Origin: Camelus ferus
Lineage: Eukaryota
Direction: 5' to 3'
NCBI RefSeq assembly: GCF_009834535.1
Contig: NC_045696.1
Coordinates: forward strand, 95,048,001 to 95,112,000
Length of the DNA stretch: 64,000 nucleotides
The notes below the pieces were generated by a model. The model was not told where the DNA came from. It worked only from the letters and a program-made list of their open reading frames with translations, and made no database searches. Position 1 is the stretch's first letter, and every line of letters starts with the position of its first letter. The translations under genes and the position numbers were made by a program. Positions 1-13,024 of this stretch are shown here, one piece after another.

Positions 1-800
1 TTCTTTGTGAGATGTCTGCTCAACAAATTGGTCCATTTTTAAAACTGGCTTTTTCTATTATTGAGGTTTCAAAGTTATGAATATATTCTGGATATAAGCC
101 CTCTTTCAGATATTTGCTTTGCAAATATTTTCTCCCAGTCTGTGGCTTGTCTTTTAGCAGTATTTTTTGAAAAGCAGAAGTTTCAAATTTTGACGAAGTG
201 CAATTTATGCATTTTTTCCTCTGGGGTTTCTACTTTTAGTGTTATAGCAAAGAAATCACTGCCTAACCCAAGGTCACAAAATTTTCTCCTAAAAGTTTTA
301 TAAGTTTAAACTTTACATTAGGTTTATTGTCCATTTTAAGTTAATTTTTGTTCATAGTGCAAAATACAGATATCAATATCTAATTGTTCTACCATTACTT
401 GTTGAAAACTCTAGCCTTTCTTCACTGACTTGCCTTTAAGCTTTTGTCAGGAGTCAATGTACATATATCTGTGGGTCTCTTCTGGACTCTGTTCTTTTCC
501 TTTAATGTATTTGTCTATCTTGATGCTGATGCCACACTGTGTAATATGTTTATAGTTTTATACATACATATTTATAATTTGCCTCATAGCCAGATGGTGT
601 TAGTCCTCCAACTTCATTCTTTTTAGTTATTCTAGGGTTTGTTGGTTGTTTTTTTTGGTTTTTTTTTTTTGTATTTCTGTTTGAAATTTAAAATCAGTCT
701 CTCAATTTCTACAAGAATGAGTACTGATGTTTCCTTTCAATAGGGATTACATTGACTCTTGATCAATTTGGGAAGAACTGACATCTTAGCACAGAGTCTT
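1..800 (-). mobile_element. Old L1 (L1M-type) fragment, 3' part of ORF2, decayed
   Basis: Typical antisense L1 text such as 'tatattctggatataagccctctttcagatatttgctttgcaaatattttctcccagtctgtggcttgtctttt' and 'ctgcctaacccaaggtcacaaa'. Confidence 0.85.
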
Positions 801-1990
801 CCATACGTATTTACACTAGGACACATCACCCACTTTAGTTTCCTAGGGCATCATGTTCAAATCTTCATCAATTCAGATCTCCTGTAGAAGTGTCAAGGCA
901 TGGCATGGCCACCTTTCTCTTTTCCACTTAATCTGTTGAAGAGAAGTCCTGCTTTGCTTCATACAAGTATGCATGACCTGCTAATGGACTACATAGGGAA
1001 AGTTAAGGAAGGGTACTTAGTAAGAAACTAGATGGGGCTACTTTCTCACTTGTGAGGATAGCTTAAAGGGAACTTTATTGTAAACTTCTGACAATGATTC
1101 ACCTGACAGCAGTATCCCAGATACTGAGCTGCTTTCAAGGACAGAACAGAAAATAAGAGTATTTTGATTTAGCCTCCTTTAACCTACAATGGATAAAACA
1201 CTTTAGGGCACGTGTGCTTACCTACCTATATTATATTAATTGCTGGGAGACCAGAGGGGCCATTTAGAAAGTTACTATTTCTAGAGCATTAGATAGTGTT
1301 TGGTTCTCTAGTGGGATTAATTTAACTAAGACAGTTAATTGAATCAATTCATTTCCCTGGAGAAGCTTTTACTCACCTTCATTTTCCACTGAATTAAGGA
1401 TAGGCTGCATTTCCTATCTTTTCCGTGTATTTATATTTGGCATTATTCCTTTGGTAACATCTAACAGCATTTAAGTTATAAAATGAGTTTAAAAAATTGA
1501 TTATGGACTTTGGCAGAAGCTGTAAACCTGTTTGGTAAAAACTTAGAATGTAATTTATTTCTAAAATCACAGATGAGTGTGGTCTTAAGACCCACTGAAT
1601 CATACTCTGGAATGTAGGTCTTGAAAAACAAATCTTTATCCAAATTTAATAGATTTTCATGTGAACTGGGAATCTGAAAATAGCCCTTTTGTGTGTGAAT
1701 GTTAATATAAGTGATGTGCCATATTCTTGTATTCAGTCTCAGATCTAGAGCCATTTTTACAGATTGGTAAGTATAACTGGAAATGTTAAGTGACATGCTG
1801 GTCAATCACATTATTAGCCAAAACATTGCTAGACATAAGATTTATGATAATCATAATACATACGACCCACATTCACTGCCGCATGCGTGGATCAGCATGA
1901 GCACTAGACTGGGCCTTCTCAGATTTGGATGTGGGTCCAGCCTTTGCCTTGGCCAACAGCCCAGTGTTGGGCAACACAGTATCAGTCCTT

Positions 1991-2756
1991 CGTATCAGTT
2001 TGCTAGGGCTGCCCTAACAAAATACCGAAGACCAGGCGGCTTAACCTACAGAGATTTGTTTTCCCAGGGTTCTGAAGGGTAGGAGTCCAAGGTCAAGGTG
2101 TTGTCAGGTTTGATTTCCTCTGAATCTTCTCTCCTGGGTGTGCAGGTGGATGCTTAGTCAGTTCAGGCCGTTACTGAAAAATACCATGCACTGGGTGGCT
2201 TATTAAACAAGTGCTTATTTCTCACCGTCCCAGAGGTTCAGATGTCCAAGATCACGGTGCCGGCAGAGTCAGAATCTGGGGAGAGGCTGCTTCCTGATTC
2301 ACAGAGGGCTGTCTTCTTCCTGCGTCCTCACACGGAGGAAGGGTAGAGGGCTCTAAGGTGTCTTTTATAAGAGCACTAATCCTGTTCATGGGGCTCTGCC
2401 CTTCTGGCCTAGTTACCTCCCAAAGGCCTCCCCTCCAAATGCCATCACGTTGGAGATCGTGTTCCAATGTTTTGAATATTGAGGGGGTACAAACATTCAT
2501 TCTATAGCAGGTGTTTTCTCTTCATGTGTTCACATGGCCAACTTTCTGTGCATGCACAGGACTGGTGTTCCCATGTGTGTCCTCATTTCCTCCTTTCATA
2601 AGGACACCAGTCATTGGATTAGGGTCTAGCCTGATGACGCCATGTTAACTTGACTACATTTTTCAAGAGCGTCTCTGCAAGTAGAGTCACATTCTGAGGT
2701 ACTGGGGGTTAGGGCTTCAATATGAATTTGTGGCAGACACAGTTCAGCCCACAATA
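1991..2756 (-). mobile_element. ERVL-MaLR solo LTR (MLT1B/C-like), split by a nested MLT1A-like LTR
   Basis: Begins 'gtatcagtttgctagggctgccctaacaaaatacc' and resumes after 2510 with 'ataaggacaccagtcattggattaggg...gtcacattctgaggtactgggggttagggcttcaa...acacagttcagcccacaata'. Confidence 0.85.
2151..2509 (-). mobile_element. Nested MLT1A/MLT1A0-like solo LTR
   Basis: 'tgcttagtcagttcaggc...aaaataccatgcactgggtggctta' through 'ttttataagagcactaatcc...acaaacattcattctatagca'; TG...CA termini. Confidence 0.85.
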
Positions 2757-5700
2757 CTCTTTAGCCTTTGCTCCTTCCATCACAATACGTGTGGATTGGT
2801 TAAAGTATCACTAAAGACTGTCCAAGGTCTGAAGGATTAATATTACTTTGAGAAGGTGACCGTTGTCTTTCCTCAATAAATATTGTGACTTTCAATGTCC
2901 TTGGCTACAAGCATCTTAAAATGACCTTGGCTAACTTAAGGTAAAGGGAATTCATTGATGAACTGTGATAAACTGTGAGGGAGCGAGCAAGGGGAGGCTG
3001 GAGGCTTTGACTATTAAATGAGAGAGACCCTGGGAGCCATGAAGAGCCGGGAAGCAAGGGCATTTATTTAACTGTGTCAGCTTCTTTGCATACACTCGGC
3101 AGGGTGGGGGGCGGGTCTGGGGCATCCACTGTGGGAGACTGGCATCAACTCCCACCAAGACCACACACCATGAAGGAGGTGGTCTGGAGACCCCTGAAAG
3201 GGCAGAGAGGAGTCATAGCAAGATGGAGTGATGGTACAGAGTTCTCCCTCCCCCATTAAATGATAGATAACCACTGAGTACATCTTATGATATTTAACTA
3301 ACATTAAGCTAAATATGATTGGAAGAACTGACAAAACAGTAAAGCAAACAATCTCCTGACATTCTTAATAGCTCTTGACAATTATATTTTGACAATAAAA
3401 TTTCAAAATAAAATTCAAATTAGAAGTGGAAGTAGAAAGTGCTACATTAAAAAGCTGCACTGTTTTGTTTTTTGGGTTTTTTTGCTCACAAATCTTTCTA
3501 GACTTTAGTAATCTCATCTGTAAGTGGGAATACAGCTGCTTCTCTTGTTAAAAGCAAGATTTAGAAACAGATGAGTTTTGGGCGTGCACCTTTAGCTGTA
3601 AGCTTTATGATCCCATATTAAAGATGTGATCAATATTTCTCCTGCTCTTCCATCATTTCCCTGCTATCCATCTTGTGGAAAGTTTCACTGGTTCTTTTTG
3701 GAAAGGTTAATCCTCCCAAGGGAAGGAAACCACTCATTAGAAATTGATGTTTTTATTGACTTCCATAACCTCAATATCTTTATAGATATTCTCTTATGTT
3801 TAATTCTGCCATACATTTTTTTCCAACAGGCTTCCCAGAAATTACTATCTGCGTTGTACTAAAATGTTAGTAATTACATTTAATTATCCCTTCATTTGTA
3901 GATTTTGTTACATCTTCTCTTTTCCTCAACTCTTCTCTGAAATATGAGGAGTTCGGGGTTTTCTTTAGTTTTAAAATATGTTCTATTTTAACAAAATCAT
4001 TATTATAGTCTAGCGATTCAAAACTTCTCTTTAGATAGGAAACTCTATTTTGGATATCATAAGGATTTCCAGTTTTTATTGAGCTCACTGTTATTCTCAT
4101 TTTATTTTCAAATATTTGGAAACTTCTTTCTATTGACTCATACTTTTCTTAGTTTTAGTTGAATAAACAAATGATCTCTACACCCTGATTGCTGTGTATT
4201 TGGCTTTTCCTTCCCATCCCCACTAGGAATTAATATTCTTGAATCCTCATTTATCCAACAAACACTTAATGAATATCTACTATATGTCAATCACTGCTCT
4301 AGACATGAGTTGGCACTCACTAATCTTCCTTCATAAACTATGATAATTGTGCTATTTTTGCTTCACTTAATTTTTTTTCTATCAAAATTTTAGCAGTGAA
4401 AAAAAGCCACCTTGCTCTGTTTTTATTTTATGCATAATAATAATGGGGACTGTTTTTCATCCATTTACTTGTTGCAAACACACTGGGAATAGGAGAACTC
4501 TTTAAAATCAGAAGAGACCATTAAATTATCTGTATGGAAGGAATCTCAAAGAGGCTTCTAAACTTTTAAACCAGTTATTTTTTTTTCAAGTAAAATTATA
4601 CACAGGGCTCCAGTTATTTAAAACAACCAGAATTGTTGTTTTTTCTGTGCAGAGATAATGAACACATCCAAAGTATAACTTAAAAAAATTTCAACATCAT
4701 TAAATGAGAACAATGAGCCAGTGTTGATAAATGTAAGAAGTTAAAAATTGGAGTGACATAGGTGACGTTTATGGTCATGTCAACCTCAACATCTCATTTA
4801 CTTTTGTATTTTGTTAAAGTTACACAATTCCACAAAAATATGTAGTTGCAAACAGTCATCTTCATTTGCCACTTTACCTCTCATTCTAAGACTACTCTTC
4901 AATTTGCTCTAATCGAGACCCTGGAAACAGGAAGCAGTTGGCCATTTTTATTTCGAAGTTAAATCCCAGACAACATCTGCCATCTGCTCACATTCCCCTT
5001 TGCAAAAATAATAGTCAGACAAGAAGCTTACAGAACTTTCAGATAGAACCTGTAAAAGATATCATCACGACTTGGCATGCTACCCCCTCCCTTGCTATTG
5101 CACAACTACTGCTAGGAGCTGGTGAGCACGTGCGCAGAGCGAAGCATCCAGCCCGGGCTAACACTTAATTAGACTTGGCATCCGTGTGCTGTGGCAGTGT
5201 ACATACTCATGCAGTTTTATTTGAAAGAGCAAGCACAGGCCTGAATTTAAAAAAAAAAAAAAGAAAACAAGTCTTCCTTATCTTTGCACATTTGCAAGAA
5301 GTTCAAGTATATATGCTAATAGATTATAGATCCTTTTTTCCAAGGACTGCCCTCCAACAAGTTAACCTAGAAGAACTATTTGATGGGTTAACTGTGTTTC
5401 AAGAGATGTAGTTTGAAAAGCCCTAATCTTGTCTGAGTTCTCTTTATGGGTGAGACACTGGGACCAAAGGAAGTCAAGTAAAGCTCTGGATGTGCTTCTT
5501 TTCCATTAACGCAGGCTGTGGTCTTAACTTTCACTCCATATCCTACCTGGCAGAATTTTACTCACTTTTTATAGCCTGTCTCAGATACATCTGCTCCATG
5601 AAGCTTTCCTTTATCCTTCATCCCTCAAACAAATCACCAATCTCTGTCTCTCTCTCTCTTTCTCTCTGGGAACCCCACAGCATTTGAAGTTGCAATTAAC

Positions 5701-6289
5701 GTGTTCCATTATTTCATTTGCATCTGAGAGCATTAACCTTTTGCTGTCACTTTGTTGTAACTCTTGCTACACCTAACAGCAAACCCGACACATTGTAGGT
5801 ACTAAATAAATAACAAGTTCATTGAATTGTTCATGCAAAGACAAGATCCTCAATAGATCATTCATATCAAAATGCTTTATATTTGGCTTGAATTAATGGA
5901 AGTGTTTTCTGCAATTCCTTTCACATTCTTAGAATTCTGTATATTTCTTCCCAAGACTTCCACATTACAATATTTTTTCAGCTGCTTTTATTTGTCTTAA
6001 TTGAATTCTCTTTTAAAATATTACTATTTAAATTGGCAAGTTTATAGTAAAAGAGGAGGTGTTACAAGAAAGATAAGAAGTCAACAGTTTCTGATTCTCC
6101 TGTGAGCTTTGATTGAGAGGTTGATGGGAAATTATACAACTGAGAGGTTGATGAGAGATTTGCAAAATTATAATAAACAAATCTGGCTCTTTGTGTTTGA
6201 TAATACAATCTCTCTTAATTGTATATAGGTGTGTGGTTTTCGTAATTCTCTCAGACTAACACAGGATAGTATATACCTCCAATGCTACT

Positions 6290-6655
6290 CTATCTTCTGT
6301 TGAAGTTCTGATTTCCAGCATCAGACAGTGAGATGGAATTTTGGCAAATTTATTTTTGGCAGTGTTTATTAGGTATCGACATATTTGGAAGGGAGAGACA
6401 GGTAGGACGCAGGAGGGGGCAGAGGAAAAAGTCCCCTTGGAGAGCTTGGGAGTGTATGTGGCCCATCAGAGGTGACCCACATTGGGCTGAAGTGGCTGGG
6501 TCTTTATACCCCATCTTGAGCAGTCATTGTCTGTGTCCTGCCTGGGAAAAATGTGTGCTTGAGCAGGCTTCCTTTCTGCAGATGCATCAAACCCTAAGAA
6601 GCTGACAACTGGAGACTGTCCACTGGGGTGATCTGGGTGGCTCCTCTCTGTCTAC
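6290..6655. mobile_element. Ancient ERVL LTR remnant (LTR16/LTR33-like)
   Basis: 'cagacagtgagatggaattttggc...tttatt' motif and a GC-richer body resembling ERVL LTR families; family uncertain. Confidence 0.45.
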
Positions 6656-8662
6656 AATGTCTCTTTAGAGAACCTCCTTTCCTCTAAATGGGGACACAGA
6701 TTATGTATTAACTTTTGAGATTGAAAAATAGAGACAAACAACTAAATTGCCTTCAACCTATCTGCAGTCCCAGCGTGGCTTTCATTAATCAGCTGCATCA
6801 CTCTCTTGACAGAGAGTGGGGTGTTTATTTCTCTACAGTCTGGATGCTGTGATTTTATGACATTTATTACAATCTGGATTTACACACTGAATCCTGGCAT
6901 CACATGACATTGGTTACACTGACTTCCCAAACTCAAAATTCCAAAGAGTATCAGATGTTCCTAAGACTTTAGTTTCTGAGATGAATAGAATTGACTAATC
7001 AGCCAGGCCTCAAGAGGATTTTTTGAATTTCTCTGAGCATATCAACCATTTTAGGACTTTGGGATTTGGATCACTTTTCTTTGAAATACAGCAGTTATGA
7101 CAGTGTGATGTGAATGATGAAAAATTAAGATTATAGACTGCTTTGGTGGGATCGCAAACCAATCTGACTTGGAACAAGCCAGTCCCCAGTTATAAGGGAC
7201 ATATTTCTGGAGACCAAATATTTAGATCCTATCAGGTGCCAAAGCCTAAATGAAAAAATTCTGCAACATTTCAATAAATTCATTCAAATATCTCAATAAT
7301 TCTGCAATATTGATTGGTAGCTGGAAAATTCTGTTTCAGAGATCTGCTTTTACATTGCCTACACCACACTGAACATTTTTTTTCCTTTGGCCTCAGCCCA
7401 CATTTATTTAAAAGTTCTAAAATCTTAAGGATAAACCTTTTACGAAGGAGCAATTGGGGGAGGTATTTAACTTTTATAAAAATAGTTCTAATGTTCAAAG
7501 ATTTGGGTTTGTCTTTTATAATTTCCCATGAAATATTACTTTGAGAATTCTCAGTGATGAAAACTCTTTAACCTGAGATGGTAGCTGGATTGAGGAGAAG
7601 TAACTGAAGACACTCTGAAGCAGGCAGTGAGGGACAACAGCATGGAAATTCCCAAAGACTGCGGTGGTCACCTTGGTGTCGACTGCATAGCCTTTCCTTT
7701 GAGCCAGGAAATAGGTGAAAGGTAGGATGGTGCCTGGTCATCTTTTCAGTGTCATTCCGAACACTATATCTCTGTCTCTTACCGACAGAAGCTTTTCTTC
7801 TTAAAATATGTATTGAAAATGTTTACTGTACATTCTCAAAGCCTCAAATCTTAGTAAGTGGTGTTCCACTCAGTTTCAGTACTACAGGGGTCATTCTTAG
7901 CTCTTAACCTTAGGGCTCAATACATTTTTTTAAATGAATGAGTAAACATTGGCCGTGGTTATTGAGATACCTTGGATAAAGTTATTGACCTGTCACTATA
8001 TGCTATGTGTCACTTCACAGCAGTTTCATTAAAAACTTTGCACAATAATCAAAGAAATGTGAAATAAGTCTCTGATCTGATCCATGGACTATGCTCTGAT
8101 GATAGCTCTTGTCTCATCTACAAGGTCAGCATTCTTGTACTTTACGATTTGAAATATACTGTCTTTTTTTTTAATATGATGGAGTGTTTTAAAGAGTAAT
8201 AGAGAAGGAATTCTCAATTCAAATATTTCATTTACTACTGTTATTATTTCCTGCATCCATGTATACCTCATAAAGCTGTTGTCAAAATAAAAGCCTTACA
8301 TGTCCACTTAAAAAAATTCAAAGTCTTCCTCATTAGGAGAGTGGTGAGTGTCCCTGCCTGTTACTTCAAACAATTCATATTCCTTGACAAAATTAACACT
8401 ACGAAATTTAGTGCAGCATAGTGGTGGCCATCACATTCTCTCCACTTTTTAATTCACAAACGGGTATCAAGCTGCCTGTCCAGGGGCAGACCTGTAGGTG
8501 CCAACGTACTGCACAACTCCAGAGGGTACTGCTTTGTTTGCAGTCCGAGAAGATGGTAACCCCAGGAGTGATTCAGCTCACACCCGCCTGCTGTGGCACT
8601 GGCAAATAAAATGAGGAAAGAGATAGGTAAGGGCCCAGGACAGAACAGAAAGACAAAATCTA

Positions 8663-8760
8663 GGGGGTGGGGGCATAGCTCAGTGGTAGAGCTCATGATT
8701 AGCATGCACGAGGTCCTGGGTTCAATCCCCAGTACCTCCATTTTAAAAAAAGTTTTTTAA
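8663..8760 (+). mobile_element. tRNA-derived SINE (camelid Vic-1-like) with 16-bp target-site duplication
   Basis: Pol III A box 'tagctcagtgg', B box 'ggttcaatcc' and an A/T tail. TSD agaaagacaaaatcta (8647-8662) / agaaggacaaaatcta (8761-8776). Confidence 0.9.
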
Positions 8761-9516
8761 AGAAGGACAAAATCTAAATGTAATACAGTTGGCTATTCTG
8801 ACCCCATGTCTCTTTGTAGTTAGGCTTGAGCACACTCTGGAGATAAAGAGAAAAGGCCAAGGAGATAAATGAGTGCTTAGAATTGGTCCAGAAAGCCTAG
8901 CAACATCTTTTCACCCTGTGAGAGAGGCAGCAGGACAGAGCTCTGGAGAGCTCCCAACACTGGCTACTGGTGACTTCACAGTCGACATAATGTGGTAACT
9001 GGAAAGATGCAATAGGTTTCACAATCTGAGATCCCACACTGAGAGACGGGAATGCTGCAGCCAACCTCAGACAGGGCTCAGGGGACACGAACAACAGGGA
9101 GCAGCTGGAAAAGAATTGCCTCCCGGAAAAGGCTGCCTGGGAGCCTTCTATTTGGGCTTCTGTTTCTAGCAGTCCTTGGATCTCACAATTTTCTTTCTTC
9201 TTCTCTGAGAATCTTCCATGCAATGTGTACCTATCTGTGCATCAAAGCGTAGGATATGAAGGGCCAAAATATAAATTTGGATTAATTTTATAACTCCTTT
9301 CATCATTTCAATTCCTGCCTTTACTTGCCTGGAACCATCACACTACAGGTGTTTTTGTTTGTTTGTTTGTTTTTTAAATAAATGAATAGCACTTTTAATA
9401 TGATTGATTATATAATTTAATATAAAATATACCACTTTGCCTAGGAGAATAAGGGTGTGTATGTTGTGTGCTGACTTTATTAAGAGAGAGAAATGTAAGC
9501 AAAGACTGGAGAATAT

Positions 9517-9562
9517 GTTGACTCACTGAATTGTAAGAATTGTAAGAATTCAGTGAGTCAAC
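9517..9562. repeat. Perfect 16-bp inverted repeat with a 14-nt loop
   Basis: gttgactcactgaatt (9517-9532) / aattcagtgagtcaac (9547-9562). Confidence 0.95.
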
Positions 9563-9754
9563 TGAATTCTGAATTTCCTCCTCTCAGAGGAAAACTTGTG
9601 ACTCTTTTAGAAAAAAATATGCCAAAGTAGAAAGTCAAGCCCATTTTGGGCATCCACGAATGCCGATGGCCAGGCAGGTCCACGTGATCTGCATAGAAGA
9701 GACAAGGGGGCCTGTGAAGAGTAAGAGCACAGCCTTCCAGTGAAAGAGATGTGG

Positions 9755-10405
9755 CATAACTCCCAGCTCTTCAGTCTACAGGTGTGTAACTTGGGCAAAC
9801 TATTGAGTCTAAGTGTCAGTTTCCTCTTTTGAAAAATGGAGATGATAATACCTACCTGATAGGGTTATTGTGAAGGTGAAATAAGATAAAGCTTGTTTTC
9901 TATGTCTGTGATTCTGCTTTTGGTTTGTAAATAGATTCTGTATCATTTTTGTTTAATTTTTAGATTTCATATATAAATGATATCATATGATATTTGTCTT
10001 TTTCTGTCTGACTTACTTCACTCAGTATGATAATCTCTAGGTCCATCCATACTATGGTTACCAAAGGGGAAGGGGCAGAGTGATAAATTATGGGTTGGTG
10101 ATAAGCAGACACACATTACTATATATAAAATAGATAAACAATAAAGACCTAATGTATAGCACAGGGAACTACGAATACATAGAAACTATTCAATTTCTTG
10201 TAATAACATATAACGGAAAAGAATCTGAAAAGAAAAAAATATATATGTATGTATATGTATAACTGAATCACTTTGCTGTACACTTGAAACTAACTAACAT
10301 TGTAAATCAACTACACTTAAATAAAAAAATAAATAAAGATGATGTTTGAAGATGCTTAGCATAGGGTCTGGCACACAGTGAGCAATAATAGACATAAATG
10401 ATATT
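9755..10405 (+). mobile_element. MIR SINE interrupted by an L1 insertion (about 9891-10335)
   Basis: MIR core 'gtgtaacttgggcaa...cagtttcctc...aaaatggagatgataatacctacctgatagggttattgtgaagg' resumes at about 10336 with 'gcttagcatagggtctggcacacagtgagcaataa'. Confidence 0.8.
9891..10335 (+). mobile_element. 5'-truncated, 5'-inverted L1 3' end (twin priming)
   Basis: 9891-10050 is antisense L1 3'UTR. About 10053-10335 is the sense 3' end ('tatggttaccaaaggggaa...tgtaaatcaactacacttaaataaaaaaa'). Confidence 0.85.
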
Positions 10406-10452
10406 ATCAGGTGCCAAAAGAATATCACCCAAGTAAAAGATCCACCAATGCT

Positions 10453-10580
10453 GGGAAAGAGGGTATGGCTCAGTGGTAGAGCACACGCTTAGCATGCATA
10501 AAGCCCTGGGTTCAATCCCCAGCACCTCCATTAAAAATAAATAAACCTAATTACCCCTGCCCCCCCCCCAATTCTTTTTA
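10453..10580 (+). mobile_element. tRNA-derived SINE (Vic-1-like), second copy
   Basis: 'ggctcagtggtagagcacacgcttagcatgcataaagccctgggttcaatccccagcacctccatt' with flanking atccaccaat / atccaacaat as a probable TSD. Confidence 0.88.
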
Positions 10581-10599
10581 AATCCAACAATAGAAAAGG

Positions 10600-11200
10600 A
10601 TGAAGGGGTGAGAATACTCAGGAAGTCCAAAAAGTTTAAGAAGAACAATTGGCCAAGAAAGGATTCTGGGTAACAATGCTTGAGACGTAGTTGGAGAAGG
10701 GACTTGAAAGAGAAATCTGGTAAAATGGTAAGAGAGGAAGGAGGAAAACTTGGTAGAACACAAGTTTGCTTAGAAGCCCAGGGTGAAGATAATGTCAGGT
10801 GTGATTAACAGGGTCACACAAAGAAGATTTACATTTGTCTATAGCATTTGCTAATGTGGAGATGGTCAGTGACCTCTGTCAAAGCAGCATCAGTGGAGAG
10901 AGGCAGGGAGTTAGACCACGCTAAGTTTCAGGAAGGAGAGTAAGCCACTGGTTAAGCCTGGATGAAAATTAAAGGAAAGAGATGAGGTGCCACCTAAAGG
11001 AGAATGAGAAAGAAAAATTGGAGAGAGCTGAGGGTGTTCATATGAGGAAGGAAAGAGAGTTGTGAGGCTATGAGAGGGAACAGGATCCCAGGGCAATGAA
11101 GAGAGATGGCCTTGTGAACTAGGGTACAGTGGACGGCCGAAAACAAGGTTGACCCCAGCCTGTGAACAGAGGTGGAAACAGGAAAAGATGGGTGTAGATG
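10600..11200 (-). mobile_element. L2 LINE fragment
   Basis: Purine-rich L2 antisense signature 'gaagcccagggtgaag...ggagatggtcagtgacctctgtcaaagcagcatcagtggag'. Confidence 0.65.
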
Positions 11201-11202
11201 CT

Positions 11203-11249
11203 ATGCTGCTGCTACTGCTACTACTACTACTACTAATAATAATAATAAA
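11203..11249. repeat. Compound trinucleotide microsatellite (CTG)n-(CTA)n-(TAA)n
   Basis: 'atgctgctgctactgctactactactactactaataataataataaaa'. Confidence 0.9.
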
Positions 11250-13024
11250 AGAAGGAAGTTCAGGTGGGTGGACTGAGCGCACACCAGCTCTGCCTCTTTC
11301 TCAGAAGACCATAACTGATAGTACAGAAGTGTCCAAAAAGCAAAATATAGATGAACCCACAACACTGAAAATAACCTATGCCAGAGTCATCAAAATTTCA
11401 ACTGTTTCTTAAAAAGGAAAGGAAAGGGAGGATTTTGAAGCATCAAGTAAAGCCATGTAAATAGTACAGAGTATGTCACAGAGAGGGCTGCCCCCAGAAC
11501 CACAGGGAGCCGCCGTGCCACTGAATACGAAAGGGGGGATGAGTTAAAGGTCCACACAAGGAACAACTGCCCCAGTCAGCCCCTCCCTTCACTTCCTCTG
11601 CTCCCATCTGAGTGAGCAGAAGCCTTGCACTTTCTTCCAGGCAGAAAGTGGAAGACTCCTGTCTAACAAAAAGGAATGAACAATTAGCAAAAGTCAAAAT
11701 TTTTTTGTGAGTGTTAGTGCCACAAAGGAGAAAGCTGACAAGTTGCCATCTCACCTCATAACAAACACAGCTAGTCATGTGCGAGGCCCCTACCCCCAGA
11801 AAAATGATGTGTGTCTGTTCAACAAAATAGTACTTAAGGGCACCAAAGAATAACTTCAAAATGGAGAGATGTAGCATGTTCTTAGAATTCTTAATGCCAT
11901 TTATATAAAGCTTAAAAGCTTGTTAAGCAATGGTATAGGTTGCTTTGGAATATACACATACATGACAAATTAGTAGCATAGGAGGTGATTGACGGATGTG
12001 ATCAGGAAAGGGTTAAACAGTTCTCCACAAGAACTAGCTGTTTTGCATTTGTTTCTTTCTTAATCTGTTTGGTAAGTGTATATCTGGGTATTATTATTCT
12101 CTGTACCATTGTAGTCATACTTATTTTATGTATTTTATTATTCTCTAAACCATTATTTTTGTTTTATATATTTTACAATTTTAAAATATTCCTGGTAATT
12201 ATGTGTTCTTTTTATGGGGTTTAAAAACCATAAGCAAAATATGTGAGTCATGAAATTTTAACACGTCAACAGGCTGACGTGCTCATTATATTAAACTTGT
12301 TCTTTCAATGCACATTCAAAGCTTAAATCTGTTGCACATTCAAGTACAGTGGTACAGACCATTTTATTTATTCCAAATGCACTGACTCTTTAATAACTCT
12401 CGGGATTTAATAGGGAAAAAACAGCTTCTTTTCAGCCACTATTATCTCAGGAACCCCAAGTTTCTTTTCATTTGACAGCTGTCATAGAAGCAGAGACTAT
12501 CATTTTTATCTCAAGGGAAAAAGGGGAACCTGCTGTAAAATGTTCAAATTCTGGATTTACTGAAGCATTAAATACAGGCTACAAATCTGACTGATACCAC
12601 AAAAGAGTCGGTAAAGTCCAACTATCATTAGAGTATAAACATAAAAAATCTGCATTTTCCCATTTAAAAACCTAAGTAAGATACTAGTGTTGGAAACAAT
12701 CAAACATTATCCAAATGGGGTGGGGGGTGTGTTTTGTTTTGCCTGCTTTTGTTTGCTTTCATAGCATATGGGACAAAATAAAATGACCCCAGTTGAAGAG
12801 CAACTAATATAAGGAAAACCCTAATTTCCAAACTACATGAAAATGAGTATATTAAAAATGTTTTTATCAACATAATTTAAATAATAATTTCCTGTGTTGA
12901 TTTTGAAGTATTTGATATAAATTTAAATTTCAAGTTGCATATTTGTGTGTAAAGTGTCTTCTAATCTAGTATGACTATGCACCTCTGATTTTAGAAACTT
13001 GGACATCACACCACCACCTAAATA

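Noticed and set aside
7112..7170. C/D box snoRNA (ATGATGA...CTGA)
   Set aside because: No terminal stem or recognisable rRNA guide; such motifs are common by chance.
8670..8740. tRNA gene
   Set aside because: tRNA-like A and B boxes, but the A/T tail, TSD and degenerate stems show it is a SINE.
8454..10531. Two minus-strand ORFs sharing the N-terminus MEVLGIEPR
   Set aside because: Both are antisense readings of the two SINE copies, not paralogous genes.
10911..11412. Poly-Leu and poly-Ser ORFs resembling a signal peptide
   Set aside because: They result from translating a trinucleotide microsatellite next to an L2 remnant.
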